Assembly (NCBI GenBank): GCA_951406725.2
Contig: OX597835.1
Location: 46,066,001-46,130,000 of the forward strand
Source of the DNA: Octopus vulgaris
Taxonomy: Eukaryota
Reading direction: 5' to 3'
Length of the DNA: 64,000 nucleotides
Made by a program: the position numbers and the translations under genes. The notes below the pieces were generated by a model, which saw only the letters and a list, made by a program, of their open reading frames with translations, did not search any database and was not told the origin of the DNA. Of the stretch, positions 41,876 to 56,356 are shown in pieces. Within the stretch, counting starts at the first letter, position 1. Each line of letters starts with the position of its first letter.

Positions 41876-42127
41876 TTATCCCCTGATAAAATTGGGTTTT
41901 TAGTTAGAACAAACAATACTGAGTCCCTTACTATGAGAGAACCTTTCATATGGACTTGTGGTGCATATAAATATTCTTTGTATCAACCTCCTGGGATTAT
42001 CACATATATTTCTTCCAAAATACGACCTTCTATGTTTACGGAAGAAAATTCACTCTCCACAGTGGACCTTGTAGTTCTTGAAACAACATAAATATTTGTC
42101 TATTTGCATCTTTTCTCAGTCACTCAT

Positions 42128-42184
<57 letters not shown>

Positions 42185-42310
42185 TGTCTCCCACTAGCGA
42201 CATAATCAAGATTGGGTATATGTACCACAAGTTCATATGAGAGGTTCTCTCATGGTACGTATCACAGTATTCTGTGTTCTAACACAACACCCACTTTTAA
42301 GAAGGGTTAA
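41876..42310. mobile_element. MITE-like element with ~90-bp imperfect inverted termini (possibly piggyBac-like)
   Basis: 41876-41968 is the approximate reverse complement of 42217-42310; right end aaggg-TTAA. Confidence 0.5.
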
Positions 42311-42929
42311 AAGCGTTAATGATTCGAGAGAGGCAGAAATCAAATCTCTTTAACAGTCTATGTGTTACTGTTAATGTAGTTGAAGCTAATAAAAAGAGAG
42401 TCTATTGCAATTAATGACAATACATGAGCATGCATGCACGCATATATACACACATATATATGTGTGTGTGTTTATATGTATACACGCATGTATGTATGTT
42501 TTTTCTTGGGTTTTTAGTTAAGTTCTTAAGAAAATTGAAGCCGAATTTTTTAGTTAAACGACTTCACGGTATTTGTAAATATGCGATAGATTTGGTGTGT
42601 AGTTTGAGCTATCAACGTGCACATCTATGTTATAGGAATCGGTGCTTTGAGTTCAAATCCTACATTATCACTGATAGATGGTGACACATCCAAGTGCAGT
42701 TGCTTGCGACTAACAGACGGGTCAAGCAATTTTAAAAATCAATGGAATCTATGTTTTTTTTATGTTTCTTTTGTAATACTTTTAGCACCTTCATTTATGT
42801 TCCAGGCTGAGGCAAGATATTTTCTTATTGTGGATCCCTGTATCTCTATGTTGAATCATTAATTTGATACAACTTTTTGTATCTTATCCAGATTGGCCTT
42901 CAATAACGTAAGTGGCATTTACTAAACGA

Positions 42930-43790
42930 CTTTAGTGCATCCATTTTTACTCGTACAAAGTGATTTTATAATCTAGATGAAGAAGCTGAATATTTCGATG
43001 GAATTCTTCGTAGTTATCCTCTTTCTCAATGATTTTCCAAGCGGTATTCGCATCAGCACTGCAGCTAGTCTTTTAGGTGGCACTTATTTTTTTCTCGGTT
43101 GCCCTAAACAACGGCCTATTACTTTTGTGCTTGGTAAAAGGGTTGGCGGCAAATTTCCATCAGTATCCCTTCTGTTGATGTTTCTGTATGTATTGAATAA
43201 CAAATGGGTCTCTACATTTATTCCAGGACATTCTATTTTTCGAATGGGATTCTATATTATTTTAGCGACAGCGTGTTGTCTCATTAGTAGATAGTACCTT
43301 CATTGGTGTTTAGTCCCTCTGCTCACCACCAGTGTGATGTCTTCTGCAGAAACGTCTCATAATCACCATCTTTGGTGACGTTTTGGAGCTCCAAAGACTT
43401 CTCTGTGTTGTTTGTAAATTAGATAATTTTTAGCAGACTTCTGCTCTTGTAGTGTCAATACAGAGCTTTCGAATTGTGATTTGATGTAGCGGTCCCGGTT
43501 CCAAGAGGGGCTGCACTTCATTTCGATATTACAACTCTCTTCGAATCCGTGGGAAATATACCCATGCATAGTCAATTTATGATATTCTCAGAGCTATACA
43601 TCCAGGTCTTCTCTGAAGTAATCTTTGCCCAGCTGTTTTGGACGAAGATGATTAAGATTTCTAAGATTTTACGGGTGTTTGTCAAGCAAAGAGTGCTTCC
43701 TGAATGTTTGAATTGCATTACATAAGATTTTCTTTTCGCATTTCTGCACTAAGTTTATTTTGCTTTTTCTTTGCTGCTCTCCTTTAGCAC
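42930..43790 (-). mobile_element. degraded R4/Dong-clade LINE (RLE) 3' region
   Basis: MHGYISH...W.RDRYIKSQFESSVLTLQEQ...AEDITLVVS...RYYL.MR.H.VAK...SNRP...KIIEKEDNY. Confidence 0.75.
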
Positions 43791-43811
43791 GAACTATTTT
43801 AAAGATAATCC

Positions 43812-44023
43812 CGAGGGAGTGCCGGAAAGTTCCTGGCTTTACGTGTATTGTGAAAGACTTGGTTGGAGGCCCAACCTTCCGATTTCTTTTACATGGCTTA
43901 GAGAAACTGAGAGACTGTAATACTCGTATGAAACTGGGACGGGGATATATTGAATAGAATCCTATTTAGCTGCTCCTCCTGTGTTTTCTTTCACCCAAAG
44001 CTAGGAACCTTTCATCACTCCCT
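43812..44023. mobile_element. mariner-derived MITE
   Basis: TIRs gagggagtgccggaaagttcctggcttt / aaagctaggaacctttcatcactccct. Confidence 0.75.
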
Positions 44024-44517
44024 ACTAGATTCAAAGGCCATCATTTGTGATCTCATGGTTCTATCTCCTTCATCTCTCCTTAGATAAAGTCTGTCGATAT
44101 CACTGTTTATATGGACGTTTCTAATTGATGTTGGTGTCATGAGGGGCTTTATGTTAATGAAGTGAATTTCTTCTCGACAGCAGTCGATTATCTCAAATAT
44201 ATGAATATATGTATGTACGTATGAATGTATGTATCTGTGTGCATATATATGTGTATGTGTGTGTGTGTGTGTGTGTGTAAGTATGTATGTGTATATATGT
44301 ATGCAAGCTTATATGTTAATATGTTTGCGCGTCTCAGTTTTATCTTCGTATTTTTGCTCTTATTGGCGTCTCTCAACCGATCGAATTCGTTCTTGGACAT
44401 CAAATTAAATCTTTAATATCAGACACGGATATAATTCTATATCTATTTATCGAGCGCGAACTCTGAGTCGAAAACAAAATCTCTGCATTCGAAGCAGCAT
44501 AAATCCACAAGCACAGT

Positions 44518-44583
<66 letters not shown>

Positions 44584-44679
44584 CACACATACACACACAC
44601 ACGCGCGCATTCACACACACACACACCCAGAATCAAACACACTCACACACACACATATACATACATAATAAGTGCTTTA

Positions 44680-44935
44680 CTGGTAAACAACTACTTCACA
44701 GAGATGGACATCACATCCGTGCCCCACCCTTCCAACATCCTGGACAATGGTGTATGTGACTTTTAATAGTTCCCCAAGCTGAAGGAGGAGATGGAGTGGA
44801 TGGAACGCTACAACAAGTGCACTTGATATAGCGCGGCAGCCATTTCTACTTTGAAGTAGATTAGAGTTTTGTTGCTTGAAATTAATAAATGTCTCTCCTA
44901 GGAATGCCTCGGATCTTCTGGAATGCAACTCTGAT
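44680..44935 (+). mobile_element. mariner transposase 3' remnant
   Basis: EMDITSVPHP...CDF..FPKLK...ERYNKC...YFE. Confidence 0.8.
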
Positions 44936-45036
44936 ACGTATATAAAACTCTGTGTGTGTGTGTGTGTTTGTATGTGTGTGTGAGTGTGTGTGAGCGTGTT
45001 TGTGTGTGAGTGTATGTGTGTGTGTGTGCGTGCGTG

Positions 45037-45122
<86 letters not shown>

Positions 45123-45235
45123 CGTAGAAAAGTATTGTGAAGTAGAGTGCCAACTTTCAAAATCTGAAATACATCCTCTAGCAACAAAAGTTATTAACGA
45201 ACCTGCGCAGAGCACCAAGAAGTGATCTTCAAAAT

Positions 45236-45445
45236 TCTTTTCTACTCTAGGCCCTAGGTCCGAAATTTTTGAGGGGGCCAGTCGATTAGATCGACCTCAG
45301 TACGCAAGTGATACTTAATTTATCGACTCCGAAAGGATGAAAGGCAACGTCGACTTCGGCGGAATTTGAACTCAGAACGTAGACAGACGAAATAAAGGTA
45401 AACATTTCGCCCGGCGTGGTAAACATTTCTGGCAGCCCGCCGCGG
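45236..45445 (-). mobile_element. Nin-type SINE
   Basis: family similarity. Confidence 0.85.
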
Positions 45446-45851
45446 AATTTGAGTGATTTTTGAATATTGTAAAAACATGTACATCTTTACGGAGATGTAC
45501 TTGCATAGCAAGTGATTTGATCTGAGATCGTGTGCTGGAACGAAAGCAATTGCAGCCTGGAAGGTTTTTGTAAGCCATTTAAGAAACACACAAAAGCCGT
45601 TCGATTCACTTCAACATTTAAGTTTAATTTGTCAAAATATTTTCGTCGCTTGAAGACCGCAACCTGTTCACTGACAAAAATCCGTGCTGCATCTTTAAAT
45701 AAATTTACACATTCCAGATACATACCATTTGCTCAAGTACTTAGTTATTCCATTTCAAATTTAGAATGAGTAAAGAAGGGAGCCGAATGTAAGGAGTCAG
45801 AGTGTGTCATAGTTATTAACGTAGAACATCAACATTATAATAGGCGCTCTA

Positions 45852-46066
45852 CAGTAATCTCTCTCGCCATATCGCGGTTCACCTATCGCGGTTCACCTAT
45901 CGCGGTTTATTATTTCAGCTTACGCATACCTCCGTGGTGTTATTTTGCATTTATAATAAAAGATATATATACAAATTATAAAAAAAAAATACACAGTTCT
46001 GTTTCTACTTCATGGATTTTCACCAATCGCGGGGTTTTGGAACGGAACACACACGAAGGATTATTG
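45852..46066. mobile_element. pogo/Tigger-like MITE with internal 14-bp tandem (tatcgcggttcacc)
   Basis: TA-cagtaatc...ggattattg-TA termini. Confidence 0.65.
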
Positions 46067-46105
46067 TATTTTCCGTATGACTTTGTATTCTAACATTGTA
46101 TAAAT

Positions 46106-46610
46106 CAGGGAAACCATTTACTGCGGCGAACAAAATTTCCAAAGTAAAAGGCCCGCTGGCGGGTCACAAGTTCTAACTCTTATATCTGTGTAAATCTTGT
46201 ATATACCTCTCTATAATTCGATATCCATTAATAAAGATAAGTTTAACGCATTAAATTAACACTTAACATCTTCATTAACGCCACCACTGAATTTAGTACG
46301 TTAATATTACTTATGAGGTTTCAATATTTTCCAGCTAGAGTGTAGTTGGGTCTCAATGGGGTGGATCAACCTTAGCAATATGTTTTATAGTGAAAACAAA
46401 ATTTTCATTCAAATAGCAATTGGCGGATGACTTTCTGTTCGATTCCAACGGTTTTAAGTCGTAGTGGAAACACGACCTATGTCACAAGGAGGCAGGTGAG
46501 TATTGTATAAATTTTACAATTGAAAAATTTACTATATTTTGTACATATGAGTGTATCAGTCTGCGGGTGCAACAAAATTGCGCCCGCGGGCGGGGGTTTC
46601 CTCACCTCTG
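46106..46610. mobile_element. hAT (Charlie-like) MITE remnant
   Basis: CAG...CTG ends, ggcccgc(g)ggc subterminal motifs, imperfect 8-bp TSD gtataaat/ctttaaat. Confidence 0.55.
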
Positions 46611-46955
46611 CTTTAAATTGTATTCAATTCCAGTTGCCTAAAATCGTTTCCAGGAGTTTTTGTGGCATACGGAAAATCTAAGTAACTAAGCAAATCTTTT
46701 CCCCCGACTTGTTTCCGTCATAGGATAAGCAGCCATGCTCGAATCCCGTCTTCAAGAATTTTAGTATTTACTTTGTTTAAACTTGATATTTACTCTATCG
46801 TCTCTTTTGCCGAACCACTAAATTACCTGGATGTAAACATGCTAGGCAGTGGTGGAGACCAAAGACACACGCACATACAAACACATACACACACACGCGC
46901 ACACACACATTCACATTTAACACACATATGTATACATACGACATGCTTCTTTCGG

Positions 46956-47182
46956 TTTCTTATTTCTTTATTGGCTACAAGGGTCTAAACATAGAGGGGA
47001 CAAACAAAGGGATTAAGTCGATTACATCGACCCCAGTGTGTAACTGGTACTTAAATTATCGACCCTGAAAGGATGAATGGCAAAGTCGACCTCGGCGGAA
47101 TTTGAACTCAGAACGTAACGGTAGACTAAATGCCGCTAAGCATTTCGTCCGGCGTACTAATGTTTCTGCCAGCTCGCCGCCT
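46956..47182 (-). mobile_element. Nin-type SINE nested in a CORE-like SINE (~46700-47312)
   Basis: family similarity; host halves on both sides. Confidence 0.85.
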
Positions 47183-47980
47183 TTTCAGTTCTTCTCTCAG
47201 TTTCTGTCTACCGAGGCAATAGTAGAAGACAATATCCCAAGATGGCATATAGTGGGACTGAACCCGGAACCAAGTAATTAGGTAGTAAACTTCTTACCAC
47301 ACAGCCACGCCTGAAATGTTTTCACAAGGCAACTTTTACAAAACAAGATCGTAGGCCAATTACCTTTCCTGGAACAGATACAGACATGTTTCCTTCCATG
47401 GCTTTATTCCATCAGTGAATACTTGTTGCGTAAGTTTGAATCAGATAGTTGACTTGGAAATTTAATAAAAGAATTCTAATTACCATACTCTAGTATTTTC
47501 TTGTTGTGGATCATGAAATTTGTCTCGTTTTTTAATAAATATTTACATCTTAGAACAATAGCAATGATTACATGAAAGTACTTATGTGGATACAGAAAAC
47601 ACACACCCCCATTATAAAACGTTTTAATGAAATTTCTAAATATCAAAAGCTAACGAATCGCTTTAAGACATTCTTCGGTTTATTTGTAAAGGACACCCAA
47701 TATTCCCCAGTGTTACTACTGCGTTTAAGCTGTACCTGACGGTCCATATCACTAGCTGTGCGGCAGAATGAGATATCTGTAACACTATCTTTATAAATAT
47801 CAAACTTTGCTGTGGCATTATTGAAGAGAAATTACATTTTTGTATACTTATTGTCTGTTGAAAATTAAAATGTCATATGAGAAAACCCAAATGTATTTCA
47901 TATGACAAAACTCTCCGCATATATTTCGCAAAATAATATTTTTTTCTTTTTTAGTAAAAGTGCTTTATGTAGATTTATAT

Positions 47981-48214
47981 ATTTCTTTACTACCCACAAG
48001 GAGCTAAACACAGAGGGGGACAAACAAGGACAGGCAAACGGATTAAGTCGATTACATCGACCCCCAGTGCGTAACTGGTACTTAATTTATCGACCCCCGA
48101 AATGATGAAAGGCAAAGTCGACCTCGGCGGAATGTGGACTCATAACGTAGCGGCAGACGAAATACGACTACGCATTTCGCCCAGCGTGCTAACGTTTTTG
48201 CCAGCTCGCCGCCT
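47981..48214 (-). mobile_element. full-length Nin-type SINE
   Basis: family consensus; imperfect TSD atgtag(a/g)tttatat. Confidence 0.9.
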
Positions 48215-48727
48215 TCTTCATGTAGGTTTATATTAACTCTTCTTGTCGCCAGGTTTTATTTCAAGGGTTTACGATGCATTAAGTATGTATGTGACTAATC
48301 TCTAATTTGCATATCCCAGATCACGTAAACTCTAAGGGATTGGTAAATGTATGAACGGCTTACACTTCAGGACATTGTAAGATATTTCTCAGTAGCTGCT
48401 TGTTCACAATGGTTCCCATAACGGTCCAAGATCAAGTGCCCCAAATCTTCAGATCACCCACTCGTATTGGCCAAGTCCCTTACACTGACTGTTTTTACTA
48501 ATGATTGTTAATAGTATTCTTTGAAGAAATTTATATTTCAGGTGTTTACATAAATCCAAGCCCCTGTGGCATACGGTCAGGTTAGTGTGACGATTATTGA
48601 ACGCTACATCTTCAGCCAAGTAGCTTGACCAATTTTAACATATGTCGTTATATCATGAAGAAAAACAACTGGAAATACATTTTTTCCTAATCTTTAAACA
48701 TCATACACGTGGATACTTGTGTATTCA

Positions 48728-48970
48728 TTGACCCTCCGTCAGCTACGACGATGAGGTTTTCAGCTGGTCTGATCAAAAGAACAGCCTGCTCGTGAAATTA
48801 ACATGCAAATGGCAGAGCACTCCACAGACACGTGTACTCTTAACGTAGTTCTCATGAATATTCGGCGTGACACAGAATTTGACATGGCCGGCCCTTTGAA
48901 TTACGGGTACAACTCGTTTTTGTCAGCGGGATGGATTGGATCAACGTGAAATAAAGTGTCTTGCTCAAGA
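48728..48970 (-). mobile_element. tRNA-Arg-family SINE body fragment
   Basis: homologous to 4200-4385. Confidence 0.8.
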
Positions 48971-49209
48971 GCAATGCTGTCAGGTCAAGAAAACAAGTAG
49001 GAGGTTCGCTATGCGATTAAGTTTTGTGTTAAACCGGGTAAAAACTCTACAGAATATTATGTTCTGCTGTAGAGGGCTTATGAATTAACTTGATTTTTGT
49101 TGGCGCAAGAGGCCACGCAACGTAAGACTATTGGAAAGCTCACGGCTGTCCACTTTTTCAATAACAAAGGTATCATCCGCATCTGCTACTTTCACTTTGG
49201 CTAGATGGT

Positions 49210-49585
49210 CAACAAAATGTATATTGTGGACGTTTAGAGATAGTCCAGGGAGAAATTATGTTGCAAAAGATCAGAGCTCTTGCATTCAAGTCGGTGGTAC
49301 CCGCACAAAGACGATGCATTACATGACATAAATGGGGATCGAAACACTCCCTCAGCCATAACCTTGTGACTTTTGGTTGTTTCGTAAGCAAAATGAAGAT
49401 ATGAAAGAGTCTGTGAGTAGTGTTCAGTACACCTTCGCTTTTGAGTACTTCCATGTGGCCTTCCCGAAGGGGCTGGAGCTCCATAACATTTGGATTAGAA
49501 TTAAGGGCTCTACTCTGAAGGAAATAGGTGTTTAATACGCCTTTCAAATTAATAAATGTCTCAAAACATCTGGAATGCATCACGT
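49210..49585 (+). mobile_element. mariner transposase remnant
   Basis: KRSELL...MGIETLPQP...PCDFWLF...EDMKESV. Confidence 0.75.
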
Positions 49586-50234
49586 ACATGTGTATGTGAT
49601 AGTGTATGTGTGTGTGTAATTGTGTGTTTGATTGTGTGTGTGTGTGTTATATCATATACGTTTGGGTGCGTGTCCATTTTTCAACGAGGTACTTCGTAAC
49701 AACCCCCTGTTATATAAATGTGTTTACCATTCATCTATGAAGCTATCCGATAATTGAATGATGAATCACTTATCTATTTTATCTTACTTAAGTCGTTGAG
49801 TCTTTAATTAATTCTATAATTCTATCCTGTCAATCAGTATGTGCAACTTAAATATAACAATGGCTCTCCGATTCTATATTGATTTAGCAGATGTCTTGCC
49901 GAAGGAACACACTTTGTACTGCGTGAACATATATTATGTCGTGTCACTGATTATCTGGACGCATAGACGGGTTAAATTATCAAATATCTCAGTTTCCCTC
50001 ATCTAAGTTATTTACCACCACTATTCACTATTCACTACACAGTACAACATCAGCAATGATATTATTTAAATGCAGGAGTACTTCCCTCTAAATGCTATGA
50101 TATTTCAGTTGAAGTTAGCTCTATGAATATGGAGAATGAAGCACAGATTGACCTGCTCTACAGGCTACCGCTTACATCAAGCAGATTTAGTCACCTCCTT
50201 CATAATACATACATCAGAAAGACAGATAGATAGT

Positions 50235-50311
<77 letters not shown>

Positions 50312-50354
50312 GTGTATACACACACACACATATATATACATGAATATATATATA

Positions 50355-50570
50355 CAAGGGTTTGCTGAAAAGTTCCAGACTTTGGAAAAAGAAAATACCG
50401 GCGGATCACTTATGATTTTATGCAACATCGTCCTCTCTCAGAGTCACACACTTATGGCAGCGGTTTTCAGTTTTTCTAAGCCCTGTAAAAGAACTCAGAA
50501 GTTCGGGTCCTCCAACAACCAGGCCTTTCGTGAATTCCCTTAAAGTGGGGAGCTTTTCAGGATCCCCTCG
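50355..50570. mobile_element. mariner-derived MITE with TA TSD
   Basis: TA-caagggtttgctgaaaagttcc / gagcttttcaggatcccctcg-TA. Confidence 0.8.
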
Positions 50571-50651
<81 letters not shown>

Positions 50652-50689
50652 TATTTTTTAATTATTATCAATCTTCCAGTGAGGAGGGA

Positions 50690-51520
50690 GCCGGTTTCCA
50701 ACAAAGATAAATGACCGAATCAGCCGGTCGACTTCTCTCTCCGAAAATCCCAGTTTTTTCCAGATTCTCCTTTAAGAACTTACTAAGAAAACCTAGTGCT
50801 CCAATTATAATAGGTATGAATATGAATTCATAGTCTAGATATAGAAGCAGGAGGTTTCGAAGCAATTGTCCATAGATATCCTCTTTTTCTTTGATTTTCA
50901 ACGAGATATTTATATCTGCAGGTCAGCTAACCTCTATGATGTGACATATATTTGCCCCTCTTTCACAAACAACAATATCCGTCCTGTTATGTTTACATAA
51001 CCAATATTCCTCGAGTTGGAGTTTATGAATGTGACTACATTTTAGGATAGCTGCTAATCACATGCGCAATGTCTTCCACAGAAACATGATATAGCCTACA
51101 CATTTGGTTACACCTTGGGATTACTAGTTCACCAGGTATTTTGCGGCAATATCCTATTCCTGGATTGCAAGTGCACAGCCTTCAAAGTGTGATGTGATGC
51201 AGAGGTTTTGTGTCCAAGAGATGCTGCGCTTCGTGTCAATTCTACTGTCTTCTTGAAGCTTCCGGGCAACATACCCATGTATAGTCTCTCTTTTTTTTTT
51301 TTTTGTATGCTGAGTGCTTTCCACCCATGTCTTCTCTGAAGTAAGAGCGTCCAGCTGTTTCGGAGCTGTATAGAAGATCATCAAGGAGAGAGTGTTTCTT
51401 GAGGAGTCCATTGCCAACTCCTACAATGTTGGTCACTTCACTTTTCAGCACTGCATTAATATATTTAGTTTTGCTGCTGTTATTTAGAAACGCTAGGTAA
51501 AAGTACAGACCATCAACTTT
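50690..51520 (-). mobile_element. R4/Dong-clade LINE 3' region (zinc knuckle plus RLE endonuclease)
   Basis: IHGYVAR...SHFEGCALAIQE...EDIAHVIS...NRTDIVV...IIEVS.PADINI..KIKEKEDIY..L...PIIIGALG. Confidence 0.85.
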
Positions 51521-52920
51521 TTTATGTGTCACATATAACAGTCGACTGCAAACCTTATCGTACGGAATCGTACTCGAATGATATAAGCTATGGTAATTTT
51601 CATTTTAAACCTAAAATATTTGTTTACCAATATACCTACATAAATACCCATGAATATATACACCGCATTCTCTCTCTCTCCCCTATCTCTTTAACTATAA
51701 ATATATATATGTGTGTGAGTCTTTGTGAGTATGTGTCTAAACATATATATATGTGTGTGTGATGTGTATGCATTTGTTTGTAACTTTGTGAGTGATTGTG
51801 TACAAATCACAAGAGATAACACTATCAGACCCCGTTGTTTCCGTTCAAAAGTTTCCACTCCACTGTGCATATGTACAGTTTACAAAAAAAAAAGAACAAA
51901 GAGGCATAAACAAAAATATAAACTTGCTAAATGGTGTCAGCTGTATAAATTACTTTAAAGTAATTTCTTTCCAATGTGTTATATATATATATATATATAT
52001 ATATTTGTATGTATATATATTAACCGAGAAACCTATCGAACGGAAATGTGGTCGGATAATATTAGCCATGTTTACTGTCCGAGTAAATAATGATATATCA
52101 GAATCTACATAGTTCTGACACAAGATTACATTGAGGGCTTTATGTTATTGCACCACAAAATAAATACCCGCCATATACAGCAATAAATCTATAGCATAAA
52201 ACAAACACTGACCGCAAAAAAAAAATAAACACCAGAAATACAAACCAGATTGACATACAGCAAGTCATAGATCAATAGAAAAACCAAATTCAACATAGAA
52301 AAGATATTAGAAAAAAATACTTCAATAAAACACAAGTACATGTAATGAACTAAAAGCCAAAAGAAAAAATATTATAGATTAGTGAAAACGTTGTCAAAAA
52401 TCCTATTAAACTGAATGGAAAATGTATTACACGCAATCATATGTAGTACAAAACAGTACAATTGTGTGTTATTTTTATTATTTTCTTAAATTTCTAGATT
52501 GAACAAACCAGCATTAGAACTGTGAACATAGGATATACACAGCAATGTGGTTTAGAAGTTTGATTATTTGATTTCAGCGTGGAGAGTGTATACATAACAA
52601 GAATATAAATGTTTGAATGGGTATTAGAGAATGAGGCTATATAGTCGAATCATTATGCATTTATAACAAGAAACAATTACAAAGTAGGACATCACATGAC
52701 ATAAACGAAAAGCGGATATGGAGAAAAAAAAACGAAGACCTGATCACAACATTCTCATACATTTTACTGTATTTGTCCACACCTAACACAAATCTAGATT
52801 AGTAAATATCGACAGTCGAAACAATGCGATCAACACGTGTTTATCGGGAAAATGTTTATATGTATTTGAATATATGTGTACGGTTGTGTGTGTATGTGTG
52901 TATGTGTAAGAGTGAGAGAA

Positions 52921-52954
<34 letters not shown>

Positions 52955-53106
52955 CCTGTGTATAGTTTTATCTGCTTCGAGATCTACCTTTCCAAACAAA
53001 AGCATTATTTCACATCATCTGAATTCATTAATTCTTATGACGTCAACAACATAGAATTCTCACTTGTAAGAATAAAGTTTCTAGAATGAAAAGAGATTTT
53101 CAAGTG

Positions 53107-53178
53107 CTTTCTGTGGCCCAGTGGTTTAAAATCATTGTGTTTACATAAGATGTGGGTTTCAAGTCCCACGCGCAGCCA
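53107..53178 (+). pseudogene. degenerate tRNA-like sequence (tRNA pseudogene or SINE head)
   Basis: tggcccagtggtttaa A-box, gtggg-tttcaagt-cccac T arm, ends gcagcca; anticodon arm not formed. Confidence 0.45.
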
Positions 53179-55696
53179 TCGAATTTTTCATTCCAAAAGT
53201 CTTTTCAACCCAATTTAATTTATCTGCTTCGACAACCCACCAAATAATTCTAAAAAGGAATTATTTCATGGTCTCTCCAAGTTTATTTACTCTTACGACC
53301 TCAAATATGTATGTGTACACGTATGTAACTATATGTACGTGTATGAACCCAGTTCTAGAGAAATAGAATGTTATAATGAGGGCTCAAATGAACTCAAATA
53401 TAAAAATATGATGTTTCGAATAGCCATGTTGGTGCATGGAAAATTATATATCGCACAAGCTCTGGAAGTTTGTATTGTATCAAGAATCTATCGCGGATAC
53501 GTACTAGTCATCTTTCATTAAAAAAGCTATTTTTCAAACGATTAGCGCCCATTTCCTTTCAACCCAAAGCAAGTGAATCACATAACCCGATTATACCACT
53601 AAACTAGGAAATCACTAGGTATTATCTACTTATAATAAATCCATATCGACCATACTTTGGTCTACTAATATAAATAAAATTGAACATGCCCTTGGCCTAC
53701 TGTTGATGCAAGAGGTGATTAAGGATTTCTAAATAGGGGGATATAATTGCTGTTGTCTGTAATTAAGGATATGAAATTCGAAATCTGTAATTGCAAATGT
53801 ATAATTAGCATACCGTCATGCATTTGCATATTTTTTAATTGCTCGGTATACGTTAAGAAACTATGTAATAAGGGAAGCGGTAATTAGAAATGTAAAATTA
53901 AGGGTATGTAATTAGGAAAATATCATTAGGTGCATCAACTACAAGATTTACGTAGGAACATATATCGAGTAAAAACGGTTAATAGGATTACATGTATGTG
54001 TGATTAGCGAGTTTCGAATTAGAAATAGCTAATTAAGATTAATAAATTAAGAATATGCAAATTTAGGGATGTGCATAATAACGAAACTTCTGAAGGACTC
54101 CCCCATCTCTCTCCCTCATACACATATATACATATATGTATACACACATACACAAACACACACACAAACACACCAAACACACACTCACGTACACACACAA
54201 ACACGCACACACTCACACACACACAAACATACACACACACACACACACACACAATCACACACACACTCACACTTACACACTCACACACATACATATATTT
54301 TGTGTACGCAATGGAAATAGGATTAAATTAAACTCGTATTTTGTGTCATAATAAATGTGAAGCATCTCTAGGAAGCTCGACGCTGTGGAAATATTTGAGA
54401 TAAAATATCATTATTAAGTTAACAAGATCGCAATACAAAAGCTGTTCATAAATTACATTTGAATCTGAAAAATTCAGAGAAGAATAAAAAATAAGTGGAA
54501 CTCAGCAGAGTTTTTGGAAGTATAGGCAAAGAGAGTTCTATTAGGAATATCAGAACAATTTCATGAGGGCTCCTTGTGTTGCATGCGAACTTCTTTAGAC
54601 GATCTGAACCTTTATAGACACAGTAAATTGTAAAAGTTGTGAAGATGAACGCCCTTAATATATTTTCTACTAAAGGGAGAAATTTCACAAGACAGTCAGT
54701 CACCGGCTGACACTCGCTGACGATACATCGAAGAGGCCAGGGAATAAAAGAAAGAAGACATGCACCCAACACCAGAGCTGAAGACACCTCCGAAAGTGGG
54801 GGGGGGGGCGCCACGTCAAAACGGTAGAGGAGTAGGGGCCGAAACCGGACGTGGTTCCTCCTGATGATGTCTTGAGCTAACTGGATCCTATAAAGGAGCT
54901 GTTGTGGTAGCAGACCACGAAAGACGGTTGTAATTCCTCGTACTAAAGGTACAAGGGCTGACATTTGTGGGGAGGTGACTAGTCGATTACACTGATCCCC
55001 AGTGTCTCACTGGTACTTTATTTATCGATATCGAAAGGATGAAAGGATGAGTCTAATTTAATCCTATTTCCATTGCGTACACAAAATATATGTATGTGTG
55101 TGAGTGAGTGTGTGTTTGTGTATGCATGTGTTTGATTGTGTGTGTATGTTTGTGTGAGTGTGTGTGAGTGTGTGCGTGTTTGTGTATGTGTATGTGAGTG
55201 TGTGTTTGTGTGTCTTTGTGTGTGTGAGCGTGTGTGTGTTTGTGTATGCATGTGTGTGATTGTGTGTGTATGTTTGTGTGAGTGTGTGTGGGTGTGTGCG
55301 TGTTTGTGTATGTGTATTTGAGTGTGTGTTTGTGTGTCTTTGTGTGTGTGAGTCTGTGTGTGTTTGTGTATGCGTGTGTTTGAACACAATATTGTCGCGG
55401 CGCTGACTCGTGTCCTTGTTACGATGCTTAAACGAAAATCGTACATCGCTACATAGGAAACGGTGAATGAAAGTTCCCTTGCTGTTGCCGACGCTTGTCA
55501 AGCTGTAGGAAAACTCGATGTGGGCAGTCAAAAGAGCAGTAAAAGGAAAAAAAAATATGGTACTAAATGTATACACGTCATTGGAAAATATGAGAGTGAG
55601 GGAGGGTTTGACTTATAATTTTAGATTTGTGTGAAAGAACTGGCTTGGTGCATCAATTTAAGTATCTAATTCAACTGAATCTTTATTATTATTATT

Positions 55697-56345
<649 letters not shown>

Positions 56346-56356
56346 CATATGGTATA

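Noticed and set aside
53715-54070. Telomere-like taattagg recurrences
   Set aside because: Irregular, degenerate AT-rich periodicity with no tandem TTAGGG.
54861-54935. CTGATGA followed by a distant GAAA as a hammerhead
   Set aside because: Stems I-III cannot be paired convincingly.
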